From assembly GCA_045430295.1 (NCBI GenBank), contig JAILXX010000006.1, forward strand, positions 1 through 64,000: a stretch of 64,000 bases of DNA, read 5' to 3'. The translations under genes and the position numbers were made by a program. The stretch comes from Cellvibrionaceae bacterium. Lineage in GTDB: Bacteria; Pseudomonadota; Gammaproteobacteria; Pseudomonadales; JAILXX01. Numbering within the stretch: position 1 is the stretch's first letter; each line of letters starts with the position of its first letter. The notes beneath the pieces are model-generated. The model worked only from the letters and a program-made list of their open reading frames with translations, had not been told where the DNA came from and made no database searches. Shown one piece after another: positions 1-9,733 of this stretch.

Positions 1-72
1 GCTTTACGGCTTTTACTTTAAAGTCTTTTGTATATTGCCAGGTTTTTCTTGGATGATTATATTTTGGCATAA
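1..72 (-). CDS. Partial CDS, probable IS3-family transposase OrfA (HTH) N-terminus. The gene starts at 72 and runs off the window edge.
   Basis: The minus-strand ATG at 72-70 follows a strong SD (AAAGGAGGTGG, rc of 76-86). The translation MPKYNHPRKTWQYTKDFKVKAVK fits the IS3 OrfA pattern (basic residues then Y-[ST]-x-[ED]-F-K-x-x-A-V). Only 24 codons are visible. Confidence 0.35.
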
Positions 73-123
73 GCCACCTCCTTTGTTAGTGGAGGTGTCT
101 ACTTTATCGGGGGAGGTTCAGGG

Positions 124-465
124 TCAACTGCAGGTGCTTGTTATGAGTTTTTTTGATATATGAATTAAAGCACATGCAGCAAATACCTTTGTTGCACCAA
201 TGATTATTTCCAAAGCTTGGGAGGATATTGTACTAACCCACTCACCATTCTCATTTACAGTAGACTCCGTTAGCACAGTAAATAAATTAAACCCTAAGGG
301 TATACCAACAATTCCTGCCCAAATTAATAAATCAAGAACCGCATATGAGAATATTGCGACACTTGCAATATATCCAATAACTTTCAAGTATCTAATAGCA
401 CAAAAAATAAATATAAAATCAGCTAAAAATGTTAAGGCTACTTGTATATTTTCAGATGAATCCAT
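124..465 (-). CDS. Hypothetical small hydrophobic membrane protein (113 aa). Questionable.
   Basis: ORF on the track with a hydrophobic composition, a weak RBS, in an AT-rich region beside an IS fragment and tandem repeats. Confidence 0.2.
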   Translation of the reverse strand: MDSSENIQVALTFLADFIFIFCAIRYLKVIGYIASVAIFSYAVLDLLIWAGIVGIPLGFNLFTVLTESTVNENGEWVSTISSQALEIIIGATKVFAACALIHISKKLITSTCS

Positions 466-473
466 TAAGTTTA

Positions 474-1328
474 CTCATAACGCCCAGCTCAGTGGCATTT
501 GGTATGGAGTGGCTTTTGTGTTTTTACACAAAAGGCGCGGAATACCAAATGTCCAATGCAGCTACTTGTTATGATGGCGAACCGTGATACCAAACAAGAC
601 ACGTTGCCACCATAGTTAAAAATTTAACCCGAAAAAATACTGTCTTTTCAGATTAGCCAAATTTTACTAAGAACTACCCACCGCCGAAATAGATAAACTA
701 GGCGAATGAATAAACTCTCAGATTGGCAACAGGAACGGATGGTTTTAGATAGGAATTAGCACATTCCCTGTTGCTTAGATTGCTTACTACAAGCAATTTA
801 TTATTGTTTGATTATGGGCCAACTATAGGCACTTTGGCTACAGCCAATTTCTCGGACATTTGTAAGAGTTTACTTACAAATTTAGCAGAGCCTCATAACG
901 CCGCAATAAAGGGCGTTTTTTATGGAGCTGGTTTTTGGGTAAAGTGCGAAGCACCCAAAAACCGGCGGAGTAAAAAACGTCCATTTTGATTGCCTGGTTA
1001 TGATGGCGAACCGTGATACTGAATAAGACGCGATGCCACCATAGTTAAAAATTTAACCCGAAAGAACACCGCCCTTTCAGATTAGCTAAATTTCACTAAG
1101 AACTACCCACCGCCGAAATAGACAAGCTAGGCGAATGAATAAACTCTCAGGTTGGCAACAGGAACGAGGAAGTTGAAATAGGAAACTGCACATTCCCTGT
1201 TGCTACGATTGCTTACTACAAGCAATTTATTATCGTTCAATTATGTGCCAACTACAGGCACTTTGGCTACTGCCAATTTCTAGGGCATTTGTAAGATTTA
1301 CTTACAAATTTGGTAGAGCCTCATAACA
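474..1328. repeat. Non-coding tandem direct repeat, two full units of about 425 bp (474-893 and 894-1322) plus a degenerate partial unit upstream (about 380-473).
   Basis: The segment 569-900 realigns with 998-1328 at roughly 85-90% identity (ttatgatggcgaaccgtgatac...gagcctcataacg). The 97-bp spacer 901-997 resembles 480-568. The unit boundary motif ctcataacgcc recurs at 473, 893 and 1322. Units contain internal inverted repeats (ttgcttactacaagcaa; gccaa-N-ttggc). Confidence 0.8.
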
Positions 1329-1667
1329 GCTTATTATACGTCGCGATGACGCGTTTAATTACGTCACTTTGACGTATATCCACAACCCTTTAACCTAGCT
1401 TAAAAATTTCTTTTTAAAAATCAGAAGGTTACAGGAGAAAAATACAGCGACATGTTTAATTACGTCACTTTCTAACCCATTCTTGACGAGCACCACATTT
1501 TTTACAATACTGGCCATAAATACAGGTAAATGAAATTTAATTTGAACAACCTTGTTCGAGACAGCATTCGCGCGAATGCACTACAGTATCAAAACAGAGA
1601 TTTATACCCATGTACTGAATAAAGGAGGCCGGGGTATTATCAGCCCAATAGATACTCCTCTGTAAAC

Positions 1668-2615
1668 TTAATATTTAACGCCTTCTACTCCCTGCGCTTT
1701 CGCTTTTTGATTACCACTACGCACACGAAAACGCTTATATTCCCAGCTGTATTCAGCGGGGGAGTTTTCAATACACGCTTCAACGGTTTTGTTCATTGCT
1801 ACCAATGATTTATTCACATCTTCACTATAGATGTCATCGTCAGGCTTTTGAAAAATCACCTCAAACCCTTCTTCCACTCTTTTGGTGGAACACACAATCA
1901 CCTGGCAACCACTACGCTGGATCAAGCTGTGTACAAGGGTCATAGTGAACGCGGGCTGACCAAAGAAAGTTGAGAATTCACCGCCACTGCTTTCTTCTGG
2001 AATTTGATCTGGGAGAATGCCCGTAGTACCGCCAGCTTTTAAAGTTTTGATTATCTGCAAAACCCCCCGCTTACTGGTAGGTGCAAGGCTGGATTGCGGA
2101 TAACACCTCCCTCTTTTCACAAAATTATCAACTTCTGGATCTTCATGAGGCTGATATAAATAAACCACCTCCGTGATGCTTGATAAATAAACCCCTACTA
2201 GCTCCCAATTGCAATGATGAGGCGCCACCACGATAAGCCCATCTGGATTATTTATCGCAGATGTAAACAGTGCTTCATTTTCGACCTGTTTCACTAAGTA
2301 ACCGGCCCGTTCTCTCAACCGCCAAATCACAGGAATCTCTAGTGCTGTTTTACCCGTCTCTTGCAGGCTGCGCTTAGCGAAATCCACACGCTCCGATTCG
2401 GCCATCTCCGGATAGCACACTTCCAGGTTTTTCAGGGTTGTGCGGTACTCACGGGTTTTTAACACATAGGCTAATTTTCCCAGTTGCCCGCCAATCCAAC
2501 GAGCCCAAAAGAAGGGTAATCGGGAAAATAACCGGAAAAACAGAACTTTTAGGGTACTTTTCAACGTTTTTTCTCTTTTTAGGGCTGCGCTAGCCATATA
2601 AATGAAGGCCATCAA
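1668..2615 (-). CDS. Lipid A biosynthesis lauroyl/myristoyl acyltransferase (LpxL/LpxM/HtrB family)
   Basis: 315 aa with an N-terminal TM helix and an HHCNWE (H-x4-E-type) acyltransferase motif, overall LpxL-family similarity. It occupies the position of the Pseudomonas PA0011-like gene next to glyQ. Confidence 0.8.
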   Translation of the reverse strand: MMAFIYMASAALKREKTLKSTLKVLFFRLFSRLPFFWARWIGGQLGKLAYVLKTREYRTTLKNLEVCYPEMAESERVDFAKRSLQETGKTALEIPVIWRLRERAGYLVKQVENEALFTSAINNPDGLIVVAPHHCNWELVGVYLSSITEVVYLYQPHEDPEVDNFVKRGRCYPQSSLAPTSKRGVLQIIKTLKAGGTTGILPDQIPEESSGGEFSTFFGQPAFTMTLVHSLIQRSGCQVIVCSTKRVEEGFEVIFQKPDDDIYSEDVNKSLVAMNKTVEACIENSPAEYSWEYKRFRVRSGNQKAKAQGVEGVKY

Positions 2616-2702
2616 ACCTTATAATGCTCGGCTTTGTCTCGGCAGCATTTGCCAGACACAACACACAAATACTCGTATTAGTCGATTTGGAGGCACAAGT
2701 CG

Positions 2703-3683
2703 GTGACTGAAACAGCCAAACCCGATGTCAGCACATTCCAGGGCCTGATCCTTGCCCTACAAAACTACTGGGCCCGCCAAGGGTGTGTCATTTTACAACC
2801 CTTAGACATGGAAGTGGGAGCGGGAACTTTCCATCCTGCCACTTTCCTCCGTTCCATCGGCCCTGAAACTTGGAACAGTGCCTACGTGCAACCATGCCGC
2901 CGCCCAACCGATGGCCGCTACGGAACAAATCCCAATCGTCTGCAGCACTACTATCAGTATCAGGTAGTGATGAAACCTTCCCCGGATAATATCCAAGAAC
3001 TCTACTTAGATTCTCTCCGTGAATTGGGCATCGACCCCGCTATTCACGATATCCGCTTTGTGGAAGACAACTGGGAATCACCAACACTGGGGGCCTGGGG
3101 CTTAGGCTGGGAAGTATGGCTCAACGGTATGGAAGTCACTCAGTTTACCTACTTCCAACAAGTAGGCGGTTTGGAGTGTTACCCCATTACCGGTGAAATC
3201 ACCTATGGCCTTGAGCGTATCGCCATGTACTTGCAAGGCGTCGATTCCATTTTCGATTTGGTTTGGACCGTTGGCCCAGGTGGCAAACCCGTCACTTACG
3301 GCGATGTATTCCATCAAAACGAAGTTGAAATGTCTCACTTCAACTTTGAACACGCCGATGTGGATGCCTTGTTTAAGCAATTCGATCAGTGCGAAGCAGA
3401 TTCCCAGCGTTTAATGGAACAAGGCTTGCCCCTTCCCGCTTACGAAATGGTGATGAAAGCCTCCCACGCGTTTAACTTGTTAGACGCACGCCATGCTATT
3501 TCCGTCACAGAGCGCCAACGTTTTATTTTGCGTGTACGCACATTGGCTCGCGCAGTGGCTCAAGCTTATTACGATGCCCGCGAACAATTGGGTTTCCCGC
3601 TAGCCCCCGAAGCACTGCGTGAAGAGTTGTTACAGAAAGCCAAAGAAAAAGCTGAAACCGAACAAGCAGGAGAAAATGCGTAA
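2703..3683 (+). CDS. glyQ: Glycine--tRNA ligase alpha subunit
   Basis: GTG start. Near-identity to E. coli GlyQ motifs ([18 protein letters not shown]...[15 protein letters not shown]...[39 protein letters not shown]). Confidence 0.95.
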   Translation: MTETAKPDVSTFQGLILALQNYWARQGCVILQPLDMEVGAGTFHPATFLRSIGPETWNSAYVQPCRRPTDGRYGTNPNRLQHYYQYQVVMKPSPDNIQELYLDSLRELGIDPAIHDIRFVEDNWESPTLGAWGLGWEVWLNGMEVTQFTYFQQVGGLECYPITGEITYGLERIAMYLQGVDSIFDLVWTVGPGGKPVTYGDVFHQNEVEMSHFNFEHADVDALFKQFDQCEADSQRLMEQGLPLPAYEMVMKASHAFNLLDARHAISVTERQRFILRVRTLARAVAQAYYDAREQLGFPLAPEALREELLQKAKEKAETEQAGENA

Positions 3684-5755
3684 TGGCTCAAGATTTTCTC
3701 GTTGAAATTGGCACTGAAGAGCTGCCACCTAAAGCATTAAAGCAGCTGTCACAAGCCTTTACCCAAGGTATTGTTGACGGTTTAAAAGCGGTTGAGTTAT
3801 CTCACGGTGCGGTAAAAAGTTACGCAGCGCCTCGCCGTTTAGCCGTTTTTATTGAAGCACTGGAAGAACAAACCCCACAGAAAGATGTAGAAGTTTGGGG
3901 CCCTCCAGCAAAAATCGCTTTTGATGCCGACGGCAATCCAACCAAAGCTGCTGAAGCTTTTGCCAAGAAAAACGGCATTGCGGTTTCCGAATTAAAAGCA
4001 GAGAGCGACGGTAAAGTTGAGAAGCTAGTTCATCGTACTCAAGCCGGTGGCGAAGCCGCCATTGAAAATTTTGAGTCTATTGTTCAAACCTCTCTCGACA
4101 AGTTACCCATTCCTAAGCGTATGCGTTGGGGCGCTCGTCGCACTGAATTTGTTCGCCCGGTTCATTGGATCGTCATGCTATTCGGTCGCGAAGTGGTGGA
4201 TGCCACCATTATGGGTTTACGAGCAAATCGTGAAACCCGCGGCCATCGCTTCCATTACAACCAAACCATTTTCCTGGATGCCCCGGCTGAATATGCCGAG
4301 AAGCTAAAAAGTCCTGGTTATGTGATTGCCGACTTCGAAGAACGCCAAGCACTGGTAAAAGAACAAGTAGCCGCCGAAGGTGAAAAAGCCGGTGGCGCTG
4401 CCGTTATTGGTGATGACCTATTAAATGAAGTAACCGCTTTGGTTGAATGGCCGGTTGCACTAACCGGTAATTTCGAAGAACGCTTCTTGGAGGTTCCTGC
4501 AGAAGCTTTGATCTCTTCCATGAAAGAACACCAAAAATATTTCCACGTTGTGGATGGCAACAATCAATTGCTGCCGAAGTTTATTACAGTGTCCAATATT
4601 GAAAGTACGGACCCTGCCCAGGTGATTGACGGTAACGAGCGCGTGATTCGCCCCCGTTTATCCGATGCCGCTTTCTTCTTCGAGACCGATAAGAAAATCA
4701 CCTTGGAACAGCAACGTGAGCGTTTAAAAAATATTGTTTTCCAAGCGCAGCTAGGAACCGTATTTGAAAAAACCGAGCGCGTTTCAAAACTGGCAACCTC
4801 TATTGCTAACAAGCTTGATGCCGATTCAGAAAAAGCTCAACGGGCAGGGGTATTGTGTAAATCTGACTTGATCACCGACATGGTGGGAGAGTTCGATAAA
4901 ATGCAAGGCATTGCCGGTTACTACTACGCCATTAACGATGGCGAAAACGAAGAAGTGGCCAAGGCATTAAATGAACAATACTTACCGCGTTTTGCTGGCG
5001 ATGCCCTTCCTGAAACCACAACCGGTACCATTATCGCCCTTGCCGATCGCCTCGACACTTTGAGTGGTATTTTCGGCATTGGCCAAAAGCCAAGTGGTTC
5101 AAAAGATCCTTTCGCATTACGCCGCGCCTCTCTCGCGGTATTGCGTCTGCTGGTTGAAAAAGATCTTAACTTGGATCTTCGTGAACTCTTAACCGAAGCG
5201 GCAAATCTACACAGCAACCTCTCTGATGAGAAGGTCGTGGACAACGCTCTTAACTATATGCTGGAACGCTTCCGCGCCTGGTATGAAGACGAGAATATCG
5301 CCCCGGAAATTTTCATGGCGGTTGCCGCTAAAAATCTTTCTGAGCCATTGGATATCAATAAGCGTGTTCATGCGGTTTCGCAATTCAGCCAGTTGCCAGA
5401 AGCTCAGGCACTGGCTGCTGCCAACAAGCGTGTTTCCAATATTTTGGAAAAGAGTGGTGGTAACAGCATTGCCACCGTAAACCCAGATCTTCTACAAGAA
5501 GACGCAGAAAAAGCGCTGGCACTGCAGGTCAGTGACAAGGCACAGCAGGTAGCGCCTCTGTTCCAAGCACGCAACTATGCAGAGGCATTATCGTCTCTGG
5601 CTTCCCTCCGCGAAGTTGTAGACAGCTTCTTCGACGATGTGATGGTAATGGCCGATGACGAAGCTCTACGCAATAACCGTATCGCGTTGCTAAGTCAGTT
5701 GAGAAATTTATTCTTGGAAGTCGCTGATATTTCTCTGCTTGTACCAGCAAAGTAA
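3683..5755 (+). CDS. glyS: Glycine--tRNA ligase beta subunit
   Basis: 690 aa. Start overlaps the glyQ stop (TAATG). GlyS N-terminus [19 protein letters not shown]. Confidence 0.95.
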   Translation: MAQDFLVEIGTEELPPKALKQLSQAFTQGIVDGLKAVELSHGAVKSYAAPRRLAVFIEALEEQTPQKDVEVWGPPAKIAFDADGNPTKAAEAFAKKNGIAVSELKAESDGKVEKLVHRTQAGGEAAIENFESIVQTSLDKLPIPKRMRWGARRTEFVRPVHWIVMLFGREVVDATIMGLRANRETRGHRFHYNQTIFLDAPAEYAEKLKSPGYVIADFEERQALVKEQVAAEGEKAGGAAVIGDDLLNEVTALVEWPVALTGNFEERFLEVPAEALISSMKEHQKYFHVVDGNNQLLPKFITVSNIESTDPAQVIDGNERVIRPRLSDAAFFFETDKKITLEQQRERLKNIVFQAQLGTVFEKTERVSKLATSIANKLDADSEKAQRAGVLCKSDLITDMVGEFDKMQGIAGYYYAINDGENEEVAKALNEQYLPRFAGDALPETTTGTIIALADRLDTLSGIFGIGQKPSGSKDPFALRRASLAVLRLLVEKDLNLDLRELLTEAANLHSNLSDEKVVDNALNYMLERFRAWYEDENIAPEIFMAVAAKNLSEPLDINKRVHAVSQFSQLPEAQALAAANKRVSNILEKSGGNSIATVNPDLLQEDAEKALALQVSDKAQQVAPLFQARNYAEALSSLASLREVVDSFFDDVMVMADDEALRNNRIALLSQLRNLFLEVADISLLVPAK

Positions 5756-5771
5756 ATTTTTCTCTCTTTAT

Positions 5772-5806
5772 CCCGCCTCACATTATGAGGCGGGATTTTA
5801 TTTTCT
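5772..5806 (+). terminator. Rho-independent terminator of glyQS
   Basis: CCCGCCTCA-catta-TGAGGCGGG hairpin followed by ATTTTATTTTCT. Confidence 0.6.
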
Positions 5807-5826
5807 GCGAGTGATTACAACTATTT

Positions 5827-6537
5827 ATGAATACGTTTCGCGGCGCATTTTTTTATTTTATTATTTACTTTACCGTTGTGCCTTACGGTATTTTTGGCCC
5901 CACGGTCTGTCGATTACTACCCTTTAAAGTTCGTTTCCCTATGCTGGTTTCATGGAACCGTTTAGTGATTTTTTTGCTACGTGTAATCTGCGGTGTGAAG
6001 GTGAATATTCAAGGGAAAGAAAATATTCCAGACAAGCCTTGCGTGGTGCTCAGCAATCACGACTCCACACTGGAAACCATCGTATTACAAACCTTGTTTA
6101 ATCCTCTGTGTACGGTGTTAAAAAGAGAACTGCTGCGAATTCCATTTTTTGGCTGGGCACTAGCAGCCTTGCTTCCCATCGCCATCGATCGCGCGTCGCC
6201 ACGAGAAGCGATTCGTCAGCTTTCCGGTAAAGGCATTTATCGCATTACGGAAAAGCAGCATAGTCTGTTAGTGTTTCCGGAAGGCACCCGAAATCCAACA
6301 AACAAACCCAATAAATGGGCCAGAGGCGGTGCCACAATCGCTATTGAATCTGGCGCCGCAATATTACCGGTTGCTCATAACTGTGGTGATTACTGGCCTT
6401 ACGATGCTATCGCGAAAAAACCAGGCACTATTACCTTTGTTATCGGTAAACCCATTCCCTCTCAAAATAGAGACAGTAAAAGTTTAACAGAAGAAGCACA
6501 GAATTGGGTTGCCGAACAACGGGCCTTAATGAACTGA
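5827..6537 (+). CDS. 1-acyl-sn-glycerol-3-phosphate acyltransferase (PlsC/LPLAT family)
   Basis: NHDSTLE (H-x4-D) and FPEGTRN motifs with an N-terminal TM segment. Positional equivalent of Pseudomonas PA0005. Confidence 0.75.
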   Translation: MNTFRGAFFYFIIYFTVVPYGIFGPTVCRLLPFKVRFPMLVSWNRLVIFLLRVICGVKVNIQGKENIPDKPCVVLSNHDSTLETIVLQTLFNPLCTVLKRELLRIPFFGWALAALLPIAIDRASPREAIRQLSGKGIYRITEKQHSLLVFPEGTRNPTNKPNKWARGGATIAIESGAAILPVAHNCGDYWPYDAIAKKPGTITFVIGKPIPSQNRDSKSLTEEAQNWVAEQRALMN

Positions 6538-6572
6538 TATCTGTATCGATGCCAAATGCTAAGCTAAGTGGC

Positions 6573-7970
6573 TTATTCTTGATAAGCCATCGATGCAGAT
6601 TTTTCCACGGGCTCGCCGGCAACACTGTCTGGTAACAGCCACACTTCCACACGGCCATTTTTGGTATTGGAAATTTTCTGACCTACCGCCGCCAATGGCA
6701 TTACCGTTCCCAACCCCAAGGTTTTATTAACCGGTATACCACTTTTAAACAGCGCTGATCTCACAGCGGTGGCTCTTAATTTAGACAGCACATCCGAACG
6801 CTTACCGGTTTGGCTTTTTACTTCATCATTAAAACCCACCAACACTAACTTTTTATGCTGATTTTCAGGCTTTGCCATAAAATTCTGTAAACGGCTAACA
6901 TCCATCAGGGCTTTATTATCTAACCGCGAACTGCCACGATTAAATCGAAAGTTTACCGATAAGCGATCGCCGTTATACATCAACTCACGATAGGCTTGTG
7001 GTGCATTCACAAAATCTTCTTGCTTCACCGCCTGAATATTTTGTGAGATGTAACCCACCTGAGCCACAACTTCCTGACCTTTTTCGCTTTGGCAAAAACT
7101 CACAAATTCACGAATGTCATCCGTAACATTACGTTCCGGGGTATAAAGGTATAAGCGGCGAGTGAGAGGGTAGTCTTCCGTGGCAACAGATAAATGACTT
7201 GGCGCTATGGCCTGGGTTCCTTCATCGGAAACAGCTAACGCTTTCGCATTTCGAATTGAGGCAATGCCAGAGAATCCTATAGCATAGGGATCTCGTGCCA
7301 CAGTATCTGAAAGCTCATCGTTAGATTCGTAGCGCTTAGCGCTATCATCTAGTTGATAAGTCTTTTTCAAGATAAGACTTTTAAATGTATCCCAAGTACC
7401 TGAGTTATTGTCTCGGGCATGGAGACTAATGGCTGCATTAACCCCACCTAATTGCTGCCAATTATTGATTTCACCAGAAAAAATTTGCGCAATCTGAGTA
7501 GTGGTTAAACTGCCAATATTATTGGTTTTGTTAACCAAAATGGCTAAGCCATCAATAGCAACAGTGTGCTCCGACGCTGTGGAACGCATGTAACCAAATC
7601 TTTCCAGTAAGCTAACTTCCTTCTCTTTAATGGGGCGAGACGACATACCAATATCCGCTACACCAGCATCTAAAGAACGGTACCCTGTACTAGAGCCGTG
7701 AGCCGCTACCCAAATAAGCGCATTCGGGCTTTCACCTTGAATGCGAAATTTATTCTCGCCAGTAATATCAATCCGTACACTGGGAATATTTTTACTTTCA
7801 AGATACGCTTTTGCGCAATGGGGAATTAATTTGGCCCCTAAAGTATTGGAACCGTGAATAGTTAAATGAAGAGCTGGCAACGTCGACGCGTTTATTGGTA
7901 ACGCCCAAGACAATAGGCTGCCAAGAATAATACGGGTAGATCGAGTTATAAACAGAGTTAAAGCTGACAT
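6573..7970 (-). CDS. Exported fusion protein: PstS-like phosphate-binding (PBP) domain plus C-terminal OmpA-like peptidoglycan-binding domain
   Basis: Signal peptide, a PstS-like core (SGIASIRNAKALAVS...), and a C-terminal OmpA_C-like segment (NFRFNRGSSRLDNKALMDVSRLQ...LVGFNDEV...GRVEVWLLP). Confidence 0.65.
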   Translation of the reverse strand: MSALTLFITRSTRIILGSLLSWALPINASTLPALHLTIHGSNTLGAKLIPHCAKAYLESKNIPSVRIDITGENKFRIQGESPNALIWVAAHGSSTGYRSLDAGVADIGMSSRPIKEKEVSLLERFGYMRSTASEHTVAIDGLAILVNKTNNIGSLTTTQIAQIFSGEINNWQQLGGVNAAISLHARDNNSGTWDTFKSLILKKTYQLDDSAKRYESNDELSDTVARDPYAIGFSGIASIRNAKALAVSDEGTQAIAPSHLSVATEDYPLTRRLYLYTPERNVTDDIREFVSFCQSEKGQEVVAQVGYISQNIQAVKQEDFVNAPQAYRELMYNGDRLSVNFRFNRGSSRLDNKALMDVSRLQNFMAKPENQHKKLVLVGFNDEVKSQTGKRSDVLSKLRATAVRSALFKSGIPVNKTLGLGTVMPLAAVGQKISNTKNGRVEVWLLPDSVAGEPVEKSASMAYQE

Positions 7971-8040
7971 GCATAAATCCTAATATTGTTAGGATTTATA
8001 GGGTAAAAAACTCATATGACAGTTTTGTTAAACAAACATT

Positions 8041-8078
8041 ACAACGCCAGACGCGTTGAACAAGGCGTCTGGCGTTGT
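8041..8078 (-). terminator. Strong rho-independent terminator ending the minus-strand operon 19784-8088
   Basis: Perfect 12-14 bp stem AACGCCAGACGC / GCGTCTGGCGTT with a 10-nt loop. The minus-strand RNA follows with GUAAUGUUUGUUUAAC. Confidence 0.6.
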
Positions 8079-8087
8079 AATGATACG

Positions 8088-8345
8088 TTAATGTTTCTCT
8101 AACACTTCTGAGAGCGCCTCAATTCTTTCTTGCATAGCTGAAGTTATTTCATCTGCTCGCAAGCGATTTACAATATTATTCAGTACCCGCTTTTCATTAT
8201 CATCAATGACTCCATCACGGGTTGCGATATCAATAATTTCATCTAGCTCCTTCTCATCTAACTTACCATCATTGGCAAAGCAATTGATGGAGTGAAAGGT
8301 CATTTCTAGATAGTCTCTACTTTCTGTCATTGTTATATCCCTCAT
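8088..8345 (-). CDS. Small acidic helical protein, tentatively TerB-like (85 aa)
   Basis: DGKLDEKELDEIIDIATRDGVIDDNEKRVLNNI pattern of paired acidic helices typical of TerB-type domains. Last gene of the operon, 3 bp after the preceding gene. Confidence 0.4.
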   Translation of the reverse strand: MRDITMTESRDYLEMTFHSINCFANDGKLDEKELDEIIDIATRDGVIDDNEKRVLNNIVNRLRADEITSAMQERIEALSEVLEKH

Positions 8346-8348
8346 TCA

Positions 8349-8915
8349 TTATTTAAGAGTTGTATTTAAGTATTGCCGAATATCGCGTTTTTCAACATGC
8401 TGATCCAGCCACTGCTTAAATTCGTCGACTTTTGTAAAATCATCCCCTAACTTTTTACGATAACGGGCTTTCAGTGTTTCTTCTTGTCGTTCTAAGCGAA
8501 TGTTTCGCTGCCAAGCATCGGTAAATATTTTTGGAAGTTTATTATGTATATCTAACTGCTGAAGCAACTTCCACTCACCTTTATCTAGCCAGGCTTCATC
8601 ACAACTTGTGCAAAGCTCTAGACGATGATTAATATCTCTTCCTATTTGAAAGCGACTCATAAATTTAGAACACTTCGGGCACAACTTTGCTTCACTGCTA
8701 TCTTCAGTAATCACATCTTCAGCTATTTCAGCAACACTGTTTTCAGCATGCTGATCAATCCAGTACCGATAATTCATTAGCGATAACAAAGAACCATCAC
8801 ATTTTGGACATACGGCTGCCAGTAGTCCTGGAGATATCTCTTTGGGCTCTAGTTGATAACCTTTGCATTGTGGGCAATCCACATTTACTCCGTTTATTAT
8901 TACTCTGGTAAACAA
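8349..8915 (-). CDS. Double zinc-ribbon protein (YfgJ/TFIIB-ribbon-like), 188 aa
   Basis: Two CxxC...CxxC ribbons (CPQC...CPKC and CPKC...CTSC). Overlaps the upstream gene by 16 bp (translational coupling). Confidence 0.55.
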   Translation of the reverse strand: MFTRVIINGVNVDCPQCKGYQLEPKEISPGLLAAVCPKCDGSLLSLMNYRYWIDQHAENSVAEIAEDVITEDSSEAKLCPKCSKFMSRFQIGRDINHRLELCTSCDEAWLDKGEWKLLQQLDIHNKLPKIFTDAWQRNIRLERQEETLKARYRKKLGDDFTKVDEFKQWLDQHVEKRDIRQYLNTTLK

Positions 8916-9733
8916 CAGCGCTTGTAACGCTTACCACTACCACATGGACAGGGGCCTTTTTTTCTCTGTCGAATGTCATCCTCTATACTGAGAACGTCTT
9001 GCTTGTAAAAATCTGATAGCCGCTGAAATAGTTTTGGATGTTTTTTCTTTAACATTTTTGGGCGCTCAAAAAAGTATTCTGAAGCTACAGCAAAGAATTC
9101 AACTTTACTCGTTCCACCATACGCTCGAATATTGCTTTTTCCCTTATCAATATCTTGTATTTTTCCCTCAATAAATGAAAACCAAGGAATCGCAAAAGCA
9201 TACTCTTTCAATCTTTCAGGAAATCCATCTGTATCACCATCAGCCATATCCACTAAATGGGCAAACTCGTGAATACCCACATTCCGCTTATCGCGAATAT
9301 TTTCAAAACCTGCGTAAAGGTCAGGCTTACTCAAGGCCATTTTTCCAGCCATAGGTCCTGAGCCCACCATACCAGTTATCATAGAATCCGGTTGTTGGCA
9401 TTCAAAATTTTCATTAAAAGCCGCTGGTAATAGATAAACGCCCTTTAAATTCAAGTAGTGCCACTTTGGAAAGCCCCATACCGGAATAATGGCACTGGCA
9501 GCAACTAGTAACCTATCTTCATCAGTAACAGAGAATTGACCAGATTCAATATCTGTCGTTTGTAAAAATAGCAAAGCTCGTTTTTGAAAAATAAGCTTGT
9601 CTTTAAAGGAAAGCTTCCGATAAAACTGTACCTTATCTTCTAAAAATTGACTCCATTCAGATTTCCATAATCCTGACTCTTGCAATTCTGGTTTATAAAA
9701 TATTTCCCAAACGCCCTTTATCCAGCTAAGCAT
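8900..9733 (-). CDS. MtfA/M90-like zinc metallopeptidase with C-terminal SEC-C metal-binding motif
   Basis: HEFAH (HExxH) motif followed by DMADGDTDG. C-terminus GPCPCGSGKRYKRCC is a SEC-C motif. Overlaps the rhomboid gene by 8 bp. Confidence 0.65.
   Translation of the reverse strand: MLSWIKGVWEIFYKPELQESGLWKSEWSQFLEDKVQFYRKLSFKDKLIFQKRALLFLQTTDIESGQFSVTDEDRLLVAASAIIPVWGFPKWHYLNLKGVYLLPAAFNENFECQQPDSMITGMVGSGPMAGKMALSKPDLYAGFENIRDKRNVGIHEFAHLVDMADGDTDGFPERLKEYAFAIPWFSFIEGKIQDIDKGKSNIRAYGGTSKVEFFAVASEYFFERPKMLKKKHPKLFQRLSDFYKQDVLSIEDDIRQRKKGPCPCGSGKRYKRCCLPE

Noticed and set aside
200-574. 124-aa plus-strand ORF at the left edge
   Set aside because: It overlaps the minus-strand hydrophobic ORF and the start of the repeat array, and has no RBS or recognisable fold. 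Likely a chance ORF in AT-rich DNA.
771-989. 72-aa ORF inside the tandem repeat
   Set aside because: It lies entirely within a repeated non-coding unit, has no RBS, and the second repeat copy does not preserve the frame.
6540-6600. Nested inverted repeats (ATCGATG...CATCGAT, TGGCTTAT...ATAAGCCA) as a bidirectional terminator between plsC-like(+) and the PstS-OmpA gene(-)
   Set aside because: The stem overlaps the minus-strand stop codon, and only the plus-strand side has a modest T-tract. It may terminate the plsC-like gene only, which is too weak to list as a feature.
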